Shown here piece after piece: positions 1 to 13,130 of a DNA stretch of 64,000 nt. This stretch comes from Octopus bimaculoides (lineage: Eukaryota), in assembly GCF_001194135.2 (NCBI RefSeq), contig NC_068990.1, positions 2,818,733-2,882,732 on the forward strand, read 5' to 3'. Positions within the stretch are counted from its first letter, which is position 1. Every line of letters starts with the position of its first letter. The position numbers were made by a program, and so were the translations under genes. A model generated the notes under the pieces. The model saw only the letters and a program-made list of their open reading frames with translations, was not told the DNA's origin and ran no database searches.

Positions 1-61
<61 letters not shown>

Positions 62-1624
62 ATGTGTGTGTCTCTGTCTGTGTGTCTCTGTCTGTGTGTC
101 TGTGTGTGTCCGTGTTTATATACAATGTCAAAACTTGGAAAACTGCTTATATATGGCATTATATCATTTACATGTTTTACAAAGGATGTTGTATAAAGAA
201 GAATGAAAATATAATGAGCGAAATGGAAATGTATTCGGATATTTCACCAGCTGAAAATTCACCGATTGATCGATGCTGTACAATTTGTACAGTCCGTACC
301 CGTGAAATATTGCACATATGACAAGCAGAAATCATTACGAAGCCATAAAATAAATATCAATATATTCAAGTTAGAGGCGTAGAAGCTCTGGATCTTTTCT
401 TCATAATAAGTGTCAAATCTGCTAATCTTTTAGCCATACCCCATATTTCAGAATATGGCGATATTAATAATATAAAATGACGGAAAGTCCGTTTAGTATT
501 AGTGTGGTACAAAGAGTGAGAAGAAAGAAGTTTATGAGGTCTAGAGTAATAATATTTTCGAAACGTGAGAGGGTGACAGTTATACAGAGATTAGTATAGA
601 GAAGAAGCATGATTTTAAAAAATAGAGAAATTTTGAAAGGGCTATAGTCAGCTAGAAATAATCAGGCTAGTTAAGACACGTCATTAATCAAAATTGTTTG
701 ATGAATAGTATATTAGAGACTGGATATCAAACGGCATTCATGAAAAGAAAGGAATGAAAGAAAATAACAACCGAGCAACCTTTCGTTAGAGAGTGGCAGA
801 TGATCGTTTTGGTGGTCTTAACGTAAGGTATATAGACAATATAAGGCACTGGCAGCAATACAAATGTGAAGAATAGAATAACGTCAAACAAGAAAAAGAT
901 AGAATAGGAAAGGAGGAAAAATAATAAGAAGAATAGCTAAAATCGGAAAATTCGGTCATGGGGCTATATAAATGAAAGTATATAACTATACATATAACAT
1001 TTATGTATTTTAAGTATCATAAGAAGGAAGGCGTATTTTGATTCTAATTAGGTTTAGTTTATACGCACAAACTTGATGAAGAAGCGTATCTCAAAAGGTA
1101 GGAGGAAGATGTTATTATTGATTTGTAGTTCGTCAAGGAGATAGGAGCATATGAGTTGATTGCATAATGTAAAAGTAGTCTAAGGAATGTAATTGCTTCT
1201 ATCGTTTTGTTAAGGAAATGATCCCCATTCTCATATAATATTTGTCAGAATATGTATTGCACTAGTTGTACGGCTACACTGCTAAGGTCTTCCACTCTTA
1301 ATCCTATTCTAGTGAGTCTAATGGGAAATGGTTTTCGGCTCGAGGTGCTGGATGTAATTTTCTTATGAGATGGACGTTTTATGCATAATATTAGGAAATA
1401 ATTTGAGATGAGCTGTGTATCACCTCTTGAAACCAGTGGAAGATCCATTGCATATATAAATCGAAGTCTGTTGCTACGATAACTTTGTTATTAATATTCT
1501 TATTCATATTCACATTATCAGTAACATTGTCAATGCTATTAAAAAAAATATTGTTGTTAATATGAATATTATCATTCGTAGTATTACTATTATTATGGAT
1601 ATATCTGAAGGCATAGTATTGGGA

Positions 1625-3165
1625 TTATTGTTATTATTATTATTTATTGTCTTTCTACAGCTTCTAACACTGGAGATGTACGACGACGCCAACTATTCCC
1701 TACCAGTGAACTAAGGTACGACCTCTTATTGTTCGAGCAACATCCGGAGTATTCCACCCGTTCCAAGCAGTGCTGTTTTCTGCAAGTGCTCCAACCTTAT
1801 TGTAGCTCCTATTTGTTCCATGTACTTCTCAAGATTTTTACTCCATGTCCAAAAGGCTCCGGCCATTATTGGTACAACTACCACCTTTATCATCCACTCC
1901 CAAGCTAGCCCATCATATCTATTGACATTTCTTTCTTCCTTATCGCATACCTTGTTGTCAACTGGGCATGCTATATCTATGATCCAGCATAGTTTACTTT
2001 CATTCTCAATTAACGCTATGTCTGGTTTCCTAATTTCTATCTTATGGTCACACTGAATCATAAAATCCCGTAGAATCTTTGCATTATCATTTTCGATGAT
2101 GACTTAGGGTCTATGTTCGTACCAATTTTTTGCTCTGTTACGTTCATACAAGTTGCACAGTGTCCAGTGGAAATCCTTGCTATATTGTCATGACGTCTCT
2201 TATATGATTTCTGGGCTTGTGGAGGCCATTGACTGGTAATATGCCATACGAATTCCCCACATTGTCTACAAATTCTGCACATATCAATTTCTGATGTATG
2301 TCTATTCTGTATTTGATCAATTGGTACTTAATGCTTGTTCTGGGGCAGCACAGATTAGAACCTAACTTTTCGGTTTTTAATCACTTTAATCATCCGTAAC
2401 TATCATTTTCTGAGTCTGTCTTATCTTCAACATTCCTATGAAATTGTCCATGCATTCATTTCTTTATCTATCTATTTTCAGTTTCATTCATTCTCAAGTG
2501 CTTGTACAGTGCTTTATCTTCGCAAACTTCCATCCTACACAAGCCTGACCTTCTTACTTCCAATATCAGCGGTTCTGGGGCATTTGTTATATACCATGCT
2601 ATGTTGTTTTCTACTCCTCTAATGCTGTGTTCGCATCCAATCAGTCCTCTTCTCCTGTTTTTATTCGTACATACAATCTATCTGTCTTACTTTTGGGGTG
2701 GAGTATCCCATATCTAGTTAACAACTTCGTTAACTTTCTGTCTAAGCTGTTTAGCTCGTCTACTGTCCATGCGATTACCCCTGCTCCATATCTAAGGAGT
2801 GAAACAGCCCCGGTGTCGATAGCTTCAATCTTATTCCGTCCGTTTAATTTCGACTTAAGGATAAGTCTCAGGCTGCGTACGTACTTCGCCTTAATTTTCT
2901 CCGTCATTTCTTTCTCCATTAATTTATTCATTTCCAATATCTCCAAGTACTTATAGCCCGTCTCTTCTATCTGCTTCATAACCTCTCCCGACGGTATCTC
3001 TAGCCCGTTCATACATTTGATTTTGCCTCTCTTCAAGACTAACATACCACACTTTTTCAGTCCGAACTCTACTCTGTTTGAGGTCATCCAAGAATAATCA
3101 GTGGCTGACTTTTTGCTGGCGGCCTTTGAATACATAGCCAGTCTTTGCTTTCCTCAATGGTTGGT
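1625..3165 (-). mobile_element. 5'-truncated, decayed R4/Dong-clade non-LTR retrotransposon (RT C-terminus, CCHC knuckle region, PD-(D/E)xK endonuclease)
   Basis: Minus-strand frames give LRKAKTGYVFKGRQQKVSH*LFLDDLK (RT catalytic DD, ~3080-3160), EFGLKKC..GYKYLEILE..RSLRLILKSKLNGRNKI..LLRYGAG..HPKSKTDRLY, RRHDNIAR and KPDIALIENESKLCWIIDIACP..HLQKTALLGTGGILR. The 3' end runs into a short (TAA)n tract at ~1625-1645. It has several frameshifts. Confidence 0.88.
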
Positions 3166-3487
3166 TGTAGTTTTTTTCTTATTTTCGCCATGTTATTAAA
3201 TACTAGTGTTTAGTAGATGAATCGCAGTAATTTTGTTAGTGGTATTTTACAGGTCCCGATATTTTTGTTTCCGTTTTGCCTTTAATCTACTAATCGCATC
3301 AACATTTTCGAAAGACATCCCATTTCTTCTCATTCATTAGTGTCAAGAAATTGAATCTAACAAAAGTATTTCTTTGTTTATGATACTGTAGTCCTAGGTT
3401 TGATAAAGATTTGCTCACTTTGCTAATTGTAGTTAACGCGTTAACTCAAATGTTCTGTTAATTTGCAAAATCTTTAAATTATTGCAG

Positions 3488-3540
3488 AAATTTCTAGTTC
3501 TTCTGACAATATTAGCTGGTGAACAGAGTATGACAATAAG
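3488..3540 (+). CDS. candidate internal exon of an unidentified host gene (KFLVLLTILAGEQSMTI, phase 0->2)
   Basis: ttgcag| acceptor, AAG|gtaagg donor, open frame, phase-compatible with 3628-3702 across an 87-nt intron. Hand prediction with no homology recognised. Confidence 0.45.
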
Positions 3541-3627
3541 GTAAGGCATGGTCCTAAATTCTAAACTATACATTAGATTCACTCCGTGTATTCTAATTTC
3601 AAATCTCATTACTACTTTTCTCCAAAG

Positions 3628-3702
3628 CCTAGAAACACAGAACCTACAAATATGCAACCTACCTAATAACTGGATAGATATTTCTATCAAGGCAACACCG
3701 AT
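3628..3702 (+). CDS. candidate exon (S-LETQNLQICNLPNNWIDISIKATP, phase 2->2)
   Basis: ttttctccaaag| acceptor, GAT|gtaagg donor, open frame continuing the previous exon. Confidence 0.42.
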
Positions 3703-4704
3703 GTAAGGTAATTTTTTTCAAGACTACCACATAATAATTTCCTGCAAACACAAAATAGTAAAAGCTTCTAAACATAATTTCAGAGGTGTATAAAAATAGA
3801 TCCAGGGCGCAATATATATTCTTTACGTTATTTTAGATTACCTGCAATAGTCTGTCTTTAGTTAAAATGTTTGACAAAAAAAAATGTGATTTTCAGGGAA
3901 TCTTTTAGAATTTAACTGCAAACATCGTTCGTTTATTCTGTTTATAATTTAATTGTCTCGTTTACGATATTGCGTAGTGTAGCATATTTTATTTCATAAG
4001 GAAATTAATTTTCTAACAATCTAGATCTCAAAATTGCTTGAAGCTTTACAGCAAATTCGACAAAATAAAACAAGTATAAATGTTGGAAATGTTCACAAAA
4101 GAAATCTTATACAAAACAAAATCTGCATTATCTAATTAGGACTTATATCAATAGAATTAACTGCTCAATTTGATTTCAACATGTAGACATATGGAAATCG
4201 ATATATTCTATAATTATTTTACATAGAAAAGTAGAAATTTGAATATTGTTAATTTCTGACGACATATCACAATATGTTGCATATTTTCATATTTTAATCA
4301 TGCGAAATTTGCACTTCAACAGTAGAGGAATGCAAGAACATTTAAGTGTTCAATACGGAAAAGTCATGTGTTCGGTATATATTAACATCTTTTGCGCTCT
4401 AATTTTAAATATTGCGGAGGATAACTTTCCATTTCTTGCTTTTTTAATGATTAAAATGACTACTAGTGTGATACTAGAGTCATTTTAGTCTAATGCGCTT
4501 TCTTACCTACAAATTAGTGGCTTTATGTAAATGCATCAGATTACAAACAATTTCCTTCTAAACAAGAGAAAATAAAGAACAGCATGCTCCAAACTCCACA
4601 AACGTAAACTCCATGTTCTAGTTGTCGCTACATGTCAGTACTTACCAAAGAAAAACCTATGATTGAAAATTCCAGCCATGGCCATTCTGTATATTTTCAA
4701 TTAG

Positions 4705-4750
4705 AGTGAGCCTTGGACCATATTCTCCAAAGCCTCATGTTTTAAAGACT
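4705..4750 (+). CDS. candidate exon (I-VSLGPYSPKPHVLKT, phase 2->0)
   Basis: atattttcaattag| acceptor, ACT|gtaagg donor, phase-compatible with both neighbours. Confidence 0.38.
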
Positions 4751-5538
4751 GTAAGGTGTTTAAGAAAGATATTATTATATTTTAGCAGCATTATTGACCA
4801 TACAAAGGCTCTCTGGCTCATTTGTAAACCTCGTCTAGTTAAACCTGGGCACTACATTGTTCGATATCAGTAATGTACCGAGGTTGATCAAATCTATGTA
4901 TTCTGTGAGTTATGTGAAAATTGATGATAATTATACTGTGTGGAGGGGTAAAATCACAGAACTATCGTAACTCTGAAACCTTTCCTGATAGAATACAATT
5001 TCATCGCTTCCAATATTTTATTTTACTTTCATATCGTATTTTATGGAATATTCTTGCTATCGATGACATGTTTTCAAGGGGTTAGTTACCGACACACAGC
5101 ATTTCTGAAACTTACCATTATCTGTCTATATCGGTGTAATTTTACTCAGAGGTTCTCTCAGCGACGTTTGCATTTTTCAGTAATAAACAATGTTAAAAGG
5201 AGTACATATCACGCACACACACATAGACATATTTGAGTAAAAATGCATTGATTAACAGAATATATCTGACTAAATTTTCGCGCAGTAGTAACGCGTATCA
5301 AACCGTAGAACTGTGAAACAAACTATATTACTAACGAGATATCTTTTTGCACAGAAATATTCTGTCGAGGATGACAGCGGAAATTCCATGGTTTATGAAA
5401 TGTATAGCACCTATGTATTCCCAATAAACCAAATCATTGAAACCAGTCCATAAATTAGGCATGGTATTTTGCCACTGAAAGCAATCAGTTATAGCGTTAA
5501 CCATAAAGAGTGAAATGATGAGTATTTTATATTACCAG

Positions 5539-5624
5539 ATTAAACATCTTGACCACGCAGTATTTAATTATGACCTTTTTCATTATGAGACTATTTTGCC
5601 AGTACTCACAGTCGGTTTCAGCAG
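5539..5624 (+). CDS. candidate exon (IKHLDHAVFNYDLFHYETILPVLTVGFS, phase 0->2)
   Basis: ttttatattaccag| acceptor, CAG|gtgtgt donor, 28 open codons. Confidence 0.42.
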
Positions 5625-6515
5625 GTGTGTATATGGTTCTATATAATAATTCTGAGATCAAACCAAAATACTATCACCTTTCACAATACATTTGAGGTTC
5701 AGTGCAACAAAGAGAATCAATATTTAAATTATCTGGCAGCATGCACTATAGATAAAGTAGGAAGATCCCAACGGGATAGATAGCAATCTAACATAATAAT
5801 CGATACCAGTCAAGTTCCTTTTCACTCACTTTCACTCACTGATCTTTGTCATGTCATATATATACAATATTCAGACTGTACCTAGTATGTATGGCATGGC
5901 ATCTTGGTTTATTCGAAATAAACTTGCATTAATTGGTTAGCTTGTTAGAGTAGGGCCTAAGCAACCAGTGAGCCGATAATCAGATTTAATTTCTCTATAC
6001 TTGAGGCCGTCGATATTACTCTGTTATTTCGGTTGTCACAACAGGTAATTGAACAATACACTCTTTTAATTTCGTCCACCATAGTTTTGTTTGATACTTA
6101 GTTATTATCAGTATAAAAATCTCTGTAGTTTTGTAATATGATTGTGCCCTTTTGTTCTTATGCATTCGCGAGGAAAAGCAGTCTCCTTCTGCGGGAAAAC
6201 GCCATCACAAGCGCTATGGCTCTCACATCAACAAGACACACGTAAATGAATAAATGGTTTATTGCACAATTGCATTTATGATCCGGGCACCAAGGGAACA
6301 TTAAACAGCTCTCATAAATATGAGTTTTTCTCACTCAGTTTAACAACATCACAATTAATGAATGTATTTATCTCATCTGCACTATCGTCCACATCATTGT
6401 TAATCATCATCTTTCTATTTTACTATATTTTCAGAGAAAAATTTGATATAACAATATTAAAAGTAACCTAAATAGTATGAATTATCAAATGTTCATTTTA
6501 GCTGGAAAAAAAAAA

Positions 6516-6570
<55 letters not shown>
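6516..6570 (+). repeat. (AAT)n microsatellite
   Basis: Direct reading; it abuts the 5' junction of a LINE fragment. Confidence 0.97.
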
Positions 6571-6571
<1 letters not shown>

Positions 6572-6874
6572 AAAATACAAAGACCTGGAAATAGAGATAA
6601 CTCGAATGTGGAATCTAAAAACAGAAACAATTCCTATCATAGTATGCCTTAGGTATAATAAAAAAATATTCAGACAAATACATAACAAAAATACCAGGAC
6701 TTACAAATATATATAACATACAGAAAATTGCACTACTGGGTACTGCACACATTCTACGCAAAACACTTTCAATACAGTAAACATAAGAGCACCACAGCAA
6801 ACTACAGCACATACCCAAGGCGCACAGAGCTGCGCTCGGTAGTGAAGTGAAAGCACGTTATAAAAATAAAACTA
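6571..6874 (+). mobile_element. 3' fragment of an R4/Dong-clade LINE (endonuclease C-terminus plus 3' UTR)
   Basis: TKYKDLEIEITRMWNLKTETIPIIV, then after a frameshift IQKIALLGTAHILRKTLSIQ*. This is the same C-terminal motif set as 1726-2061 and 40520-40720. It starts directly after (AAT)n and ends at an N-gap. Confidence 0.85.
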
Positions 6875-6926
6875 NNNNNNNNNNNNNNNNNNNNNNNNNN
6901 NNNNNNNNNNNNNNNNNNNNNNNNNN

Positions 6927-7118
6927 CTTATGGTTTCTTAAACATTCACTTGAACAAAACTGTACAAATCCAAATATATGGTACCCTAGCCATAACACCT
7001 ACATGAACTTCTAACTTGTTGTCTCTTGAGGTCTCTGGGTGAGACTTGGATCCAACTTGTACAAATGCAAAACAAAAGTCAAACATAAAATAATAATAAT
7101 AATAATAATAACAATAAC
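6927..7118 (+). mobile_element. probable 3' UTR of another Dong-like LINE with a (TAA)n tail
   Basis: Non-coding segment ending in a (TAA)n tail at ~7090-7118. The family assignment rests on remembered similarity only. Confidence 0.35.
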
Positions 7119-7129
7119 ATTTTATATAG

Positions 7130-7184
7130 GATTGACGTAACTCTTCACAAAGGTAAAAGTCAAGACGAAGAGCGCGATTCGATT
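7130..7184 (+). CDS. candidate exon (R-IDVTLHKGKSQDEERDSI, phase 2->0)
   Basis: atttttatatag| acceptor, ATT|gtaaga donor; it bridges the phases of 5539-5624 and 10081-10257. Confidence 0.35.
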
Positions 7185-10080
7185 GTAAGATATTCCAACA
7201 GTGCGTTGAACGATATTTCAACAGAACGTCTGTCTTTGTCAAGTTCAAAATAAGAAGTGATAAAAATGCAAAATTATAAAAATTTAAATATAAAGTATGA
7301 ACGAGAGCAACCAGCGACCACACGTTGATGGAATGACATCATCAGTTTTTAAGTTACTATTTTATAACAAGCGAAAAGAAGGAGAGAAAAACAGAAAAAA
7401 AACAGAAAAAAATACAGAATAAAGAAAGCGATAGTTCTACTGTCATCTTATTCATTCCTCCAGTTCATGGAAGGGGAGAGATGAATACCATTTAATGTAT
7501 AGTATATTGAAATATGAGCTAGTAACAGTTTCTTGTCATTAAGACACGTGTTTAGGCAGCGTATATAACGTTCCTTGTACGACAATTGCTAGAAAGCACT
7601 AGGCAGGCTATACAAATCTGTCTAACCACGTTTCTTAATGACCAAAATGTATTAGTAACTCTTATTTGGAGAGAGTTTACTTTGATGGATGTATGCATGT
7701 GTGTGTGTGTATGTATGTATGGATAGATGAATGGATGGATGCATATATATATATATACTACTCCTATTGAAAATTGCCAGATCTGATGAAAAGTCCCTTT
7801 TGTAATGATTTTGTAATCATTACCATCAGCTCCTGCAGTAGTTGAAGCTCTCAGATTTTGGTATTGTTGAGATTTAGCTGCTATTTCTAGTAACTCCAGG
7901 TTACTTGTTTTCTCATTAAATGTGAAACTTGTTGTTGCTTCTTCCTTCCAATTCTTCTTTTCCTTAAGGTCTTATCATGAAAAGCTTTCCAGACGTGACA
8001 AATGGTGTTCCCTCGACAATAATATTTAAGACGATCGAATGTGATTTCAGGATGGTTTGAATAATAGCTTTTCTTTGCCGAGTGAACACGCGGATTCCAT
8101 TAGATTTACATCATAGTGTGTCATTAATGTCGTGTGCTGGTATTTTCCCGTGATTGCATTAGTTTCGTATCAGAGGATTCTGCTTTTAAACAAATTACTG
8201 AAAAAATACTATATAATTATTCCTCTCCATTTTGGTGTATTATACGAATCAATCTCTAGAATATATAACTGGAAAGATTTTCTCTTTCAACTTCAACCAC
8301 ACAGAGTATATGATCATGGCGTCACCAGTAACTTATTTCAGCCTGGTATCTATCGTATATTTACGTTACGCCTAATAATATATCACTACATTTACATTGG
8401 CTGTCTGTATCTATTGTATATTTAAGTTACTCTTTATAATGCATCACTACATTTACGTTGCAAATCATAAACACAAATACTGGAATGGAGAAAGATATAC
8501 CCATGTACACATGCACATCCCACACATACACACACAAACGTATGCTTCTATACGGAAGGCCGCTCACCATTTAAATCCTACTCCCAAATTATTAAGCTAG
8601 AGTATAATGCTGAAGTCTCGATCGGCCACAGTCGATGAGGCAGTGGCAATAAGATTGAACCCGCAACTATTTTCCTGCATACTGAACAAATCGATCACAT
8701 AGCTCTGTAAGCTATCATGTTTTTTGGCATTTTAAAATGTTTCCATGTATTGGAATATAACAGCAAAATCATTGGCAGCGACACAATTATATACAAGAAA
8801 CAATATTTATTGATTAGAGCGTTAAAAAGTTAAATTAAATAAACTATAATTAGTAATTTCTTCTATACTCGCATTAATGCCTTTATTACTGTGTGGCATT
8901 GTGTATTGTGTATTGGAGACTTAGAAATTTGTAATGTTATTTTAGTACACAATTTGTAATATGTCCAATTAGTTGTAATTTAGAATTATATATACCAGAG
9001 AATCTCTAGAGGTATATATTAAATTTTTAGAAATGTTTACACGACGAGATAATTGTCGTCGCTAAAAGAGAATTAACGTAAATAATTCATACCAGGAATT
9101 GATTTTGTTGAAGGAAAAATACTAAAAAAGTAGTTTCGCTGATAGTCATAGTGTACTGACTATCAGCATAGTCTATCTATATTGTAATAATACAATTGTG
9201 TGTTTATGCAATACATTCGTTAGTACAAAATCTTGAACCACGCGTTTTCTATTGTTACATTCCTAGACTTTTGAAAAAGTACCGGTTCTTAAAATTCCTG
9301 TTGCAGAAGTAGTTTTAAATTTTCAAATCAGCCCTGATCACGCATTCCTAAGGCACATATGTAACTTTGTGAAACTTCTGCTTATGACTCAAATACCTAT
9401 TGATCTCAGTGTATTATACTAGCACGAGGTAAAACAAATTTCAAAATACTCTTAGATAAATGAGTTACTGTGCGCGTTGCTTGTGGCAGGGTGGAAAAAG
9501 AATCTTCCGCTCCCGTACTGTTCATCTTTGTATAAGAGGAACTTCGAGAAATCAACATAGCACATGCTGAGAAGCGGAGAAATCTCGATAACAGTAATCC
9601 ACACTAGTTTTTCGTTTAGGCAGAACGTATCTCTACTGAGTTATACAATCTTGTGAGGCTATTCACTTTGAAGCTAAAGTATCTAATTCTGCGTTGTGCT
9701 TTAGTAACTATAATGTTTTGTGATGCAGTAGGTGTGACTAGTTATTTGCGTTGATCTATTATGTCATATGACGACCATCCGTGAATACCAGCTTCATTTC
9801 ATTGTTAGCATTATTTTTAATGAGCTGTGGAGGGATTTTTTGCATAGATATTATCAGTAGCGTATGGTATATTTTTTTTGTGTCAGTGAAATGTGATGTC
9901 TACAAAATATTTTATTATCTCTATATAACTTTTTGCGTTTTGGTTTCATTTTCAATACGCAGAATGAATGTTTGAGACATGTCTAGTATTATGGAATCAT
10001 GTTTTGTTTTTTATAATGCATTTAATGTCATTTGTGTTAAAAATAATTTCTATTTATTTTTCCTTGTGCATGCTAATCAG

Positions 10081-10257
10081 GAGGAAAATTGTAGAATTGT
10101 AGAATTAGTCAACTCAGTCAATGTTGTTGACTGTGTTTTAGTTAAAGCTATGGCTTTCAGTCTCTCCAGAGTTGCCTCTCTTCGGTATTTGCCATTGATA
10201 ATGACTAAAGCACTAGAAACACGTCTTGGTATCAGACCAGGTGGCAAAACCGGACAG
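10081..10257 (+). CDS. best-supported host exon, 59 aa (EENCRIVELV...ETRLGIRPGGKTGQ, phase 0->0), product unknown
   Basis: ttttccttgtgcatgctaatcag| acceptor, CAG|gtatga donor, 177 nt open, more GC-rich than the flanks. Confidence 0.6.
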
Positions 10258-10378
10258 GTATGATGTTTTTACACATTCTACCATGAGAGAGACGTTTTTC
10301 TCTATGGTAACTGCAGTGAATTTCCTATGAGAAGTTGAAATATGTCGCAAGCATATTTTGAATAACCCAAATTCCGTT

Positions 10379-10411
<33 letters not shown>

Positions 10412-11060
10412 GAAGCGCATCAGTCTATGAGATAGCGGTAAAGGAAATATATATGTGTAGAGTGACATCCAACACGTTCGTGTGCAGTCAGGTGTGAGAA
10501 TATCTTTCATTGTAGCAGTAATCATTTGAGAAAATGTTCTTTATGAACATGTTTTCACACACACTGTCAATCAGGTGCATAGGAATGAGTTGAATTTGAT
10601 TGTACATGTCTATATTGTGTTTTTCATCACTATTTCATTCGGCTCTTTTTAATAAATCCAAGTTTGATCAAACTGTGCACACATCCACAACTGATCAACT
10701 GCTGTTAGACGTTTGCTAGCGATTGAGGCGACCCAGTAACAGGTGAAGCCTAACAAGGTAGAAATACAAACGCCCTACTGACTCAGTAACATTTTTTCAT
10801 AAATAATGTTTAAGAAGAGAATATATTCATGAGACTGTCTATGCAGCGAAATTCTACCCACGTCCAAGCGTACACTAACGTGTTGAATACCATTGTACAC
10901 ACCCAAAGACATACATATATTTGTGCGCGTGTTTATGTGAAGGGAGAGATAGATGGACGGGAAGAAATATATATATGTATATATATATGTATATATATAT
11001 GTATATATATATATATATATGTATATATATNNNNNNNNNNNNNNNNNNNNNNNNNNNNNN

Positions 11061-11091
<31 letters not shown>

Positions 11092-11901
11092 GACAAAAGA
11101 CAGATAGACAGAAAGACAAATAAGCTTCAATATTATACTCATCACATGATTTATTTCAGAATTTATTGAATTATTTTTGTACGCATGAAAATTATTATGT
11201 AATGAAATCACTCACGGTTCCAAAATAAGAAATTACGCGTGTTTGTAAAATGAAATTTCCTTTCCCTTATTGAAAATGACTTCAAGGATAACAACTGGCT
11301 AATTTACCAAAGAAAATTATATAAAATACATTTCTAAACATTCACTCATCCTAATATAATCAAAATTAAAAACTCATTAGCATTAATAATTATCGTCAGG
11401 AGTTTCAGGCGTTTACTATTATCCTTATTTTTTTTTGTTGATGTTGGTTCGCGGCCATGAACTAAACGATCAATTAAGAACATGCAAATTAATGATTTCT
11501 AATTAGACTCGTAGCAAACTGGCGAAAGCCGAAAACAGGGTAGCCAATTGAAATATCACCCCTACCACTACTGTTATGATTTATAGATGTTCGTAAATAG
11601 GAAATGCAACATTGATTCAGGCAAAGTTGACGTTGTAACTAGGATGTAAAAAGCAATAAAATATGACAATGCAAATTGTGAAATGTTCTGACATCTCAGA
11701 AAATTGCACCACTTAATTAGTGTTAATATGAAGAAAATCGATATTTCCTGAAATGTTAGGGAAATTACAAGCAACCCTTGCAATAGGATTTTTTGTTTCT
11801 TTGTTAATTAATAGTTTCATTCACTAAAGATGACCATGCTCAATGAATCCCTCACGACGGACACCTCTTTCAAGTCTGTCCCATTGCTTATCTTCGTTTA
11901 G

Positions 11902-11931
11902 GACATATCTCGGCAAGGTTTTGTAGTCGAT
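11902..11931 (+). CDS. candidate short exon (DISRQGFVVD, phase 0->0)
   Basis: Strong acceptor (ccattgcttatcttcgtttag|) and GAT|gtaatt donor. The frame stays open further, so the 3' boundary is uncertain. Confidence 0.33.
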
Positions 11932-12559
11932 GTAATTGACTACTCATCTCTCTTCAAAATATTCTGGCATTGTGAATTTATAAAACTCAGTCACATTATT
12001 TGTAATTCAGAAAACCAAAGAAAGCGTCCTATAATTCTCAAAAAAACAAAGAATATTAGAATTTAAAGTGTCATTAATGTCATATTGCAAAGCTGACAAT
12101 AACACACTCACACATTATTTTATTAATAAGCTAATACTAGTTATCAGTTGCCGAATGTAAAGGTCAAACGTTATATTAAACCTTCCGATGGAGGTTACTG
12201 ACTGCTAAAATGAGCCCTAACCATAAGATTGCTACTACGTTCCCCTTCTTCAAAAACTAAGAACGAAAACATGTAATTATATTGAAAAACTTATAAATAC
12301 TATTGTTTTGAATAAAACTTAAAATAGCAAATGGGTAACTCTCAAAATATCGGTAATAACAATGTTTTAAACCTCAAATAAGCTACAACAATATATATAT
12401 ATATACAACAATATATATATATATGTAAGAATGATCTAAACAGAACAGGAGGATACACGACTTGAGATGGGAGTCGTTGAAGAGGTCACAAGATATGTGA
12501 TAAGGAAAGATTTTCAGACAAGGGACTGTAGAATAACAAAAATAATAAATCTGAAGTAA

Positions 12560-13130
12560 GGAAGGAATATTCTCGCCTTAATATCTTCTTCGGTGTCGCC
12601 TGAGAACGTTATCTTACTACCTAAATACGTAAACTCGTTCATCATGTAGTTCATCATCTAGTACATCATCTAGTTCATCATCTAGTTCATCATCTAGTAC
12701 ATCATCTAGTACATCATCTAGTTCATCGCTTTCTAGCTTAATACGTTCGCTGTTTTCTTCACTAACGTGCATAATTTTTGATTTGTCGCGGTTCACTTTC
12801 AATCCTAGTTTGTCCAGATCAATGAGAATCGATTTGTTCAGATCAATGAGGATCGATTAAACGAACCCCTAATTCGGGCTCTGTCATTACACTCGGAGCT
12901 AAAATGGTTATTTAAAAGCTTCACTAAAAAGCTCTGTCACCTCCACCATATTCTTCCGGTACAGTAGTTTTACATTGTTAATTTTTCGATCTCTCTCCAA
13001 TAGTTTGCCTGCAGTCCGTACAATATCGTTGTGGTGCTGAAAGAGCGATTCGTTGACGTCTTCGCGACAAAACCTAGTGATTTCTAATATTAGGGCATTG
13101 ACAAAATGGTGAAACTTTGGCATGAAGTCA
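12560..13130 (-). mobile_element. decayed RTE-type LINE reverse-transcriptase fragment
   Basis: Minus strand reads DKLGLKVNRDKSKIMHV...NEFTYLGSKITFSGDTEEDIKARI, matching the GL.IN..KTK.M / F.YLGS / EI..RI thumb-region motifs of RTE-group RTs. Confidence 0.75.

Noticed and set aside
300-1450. Purine-skewed segment with faint L1/Tx1-like RT phrases on the minus strand (TLSRF..INFF..LILNG)
   Set aside because: There are too many stops and no diagnostic motif, so I cannot assign it without a profile search.
4646-4750. Minus-strand exon with a GTAAGT donor (similar donors at ~42146 and ~50576)
   Set aside because: The 4646-4750 interval has stops in all three frames, and GTAAGT is expected many times by chance in AT-rich DNA of this length.
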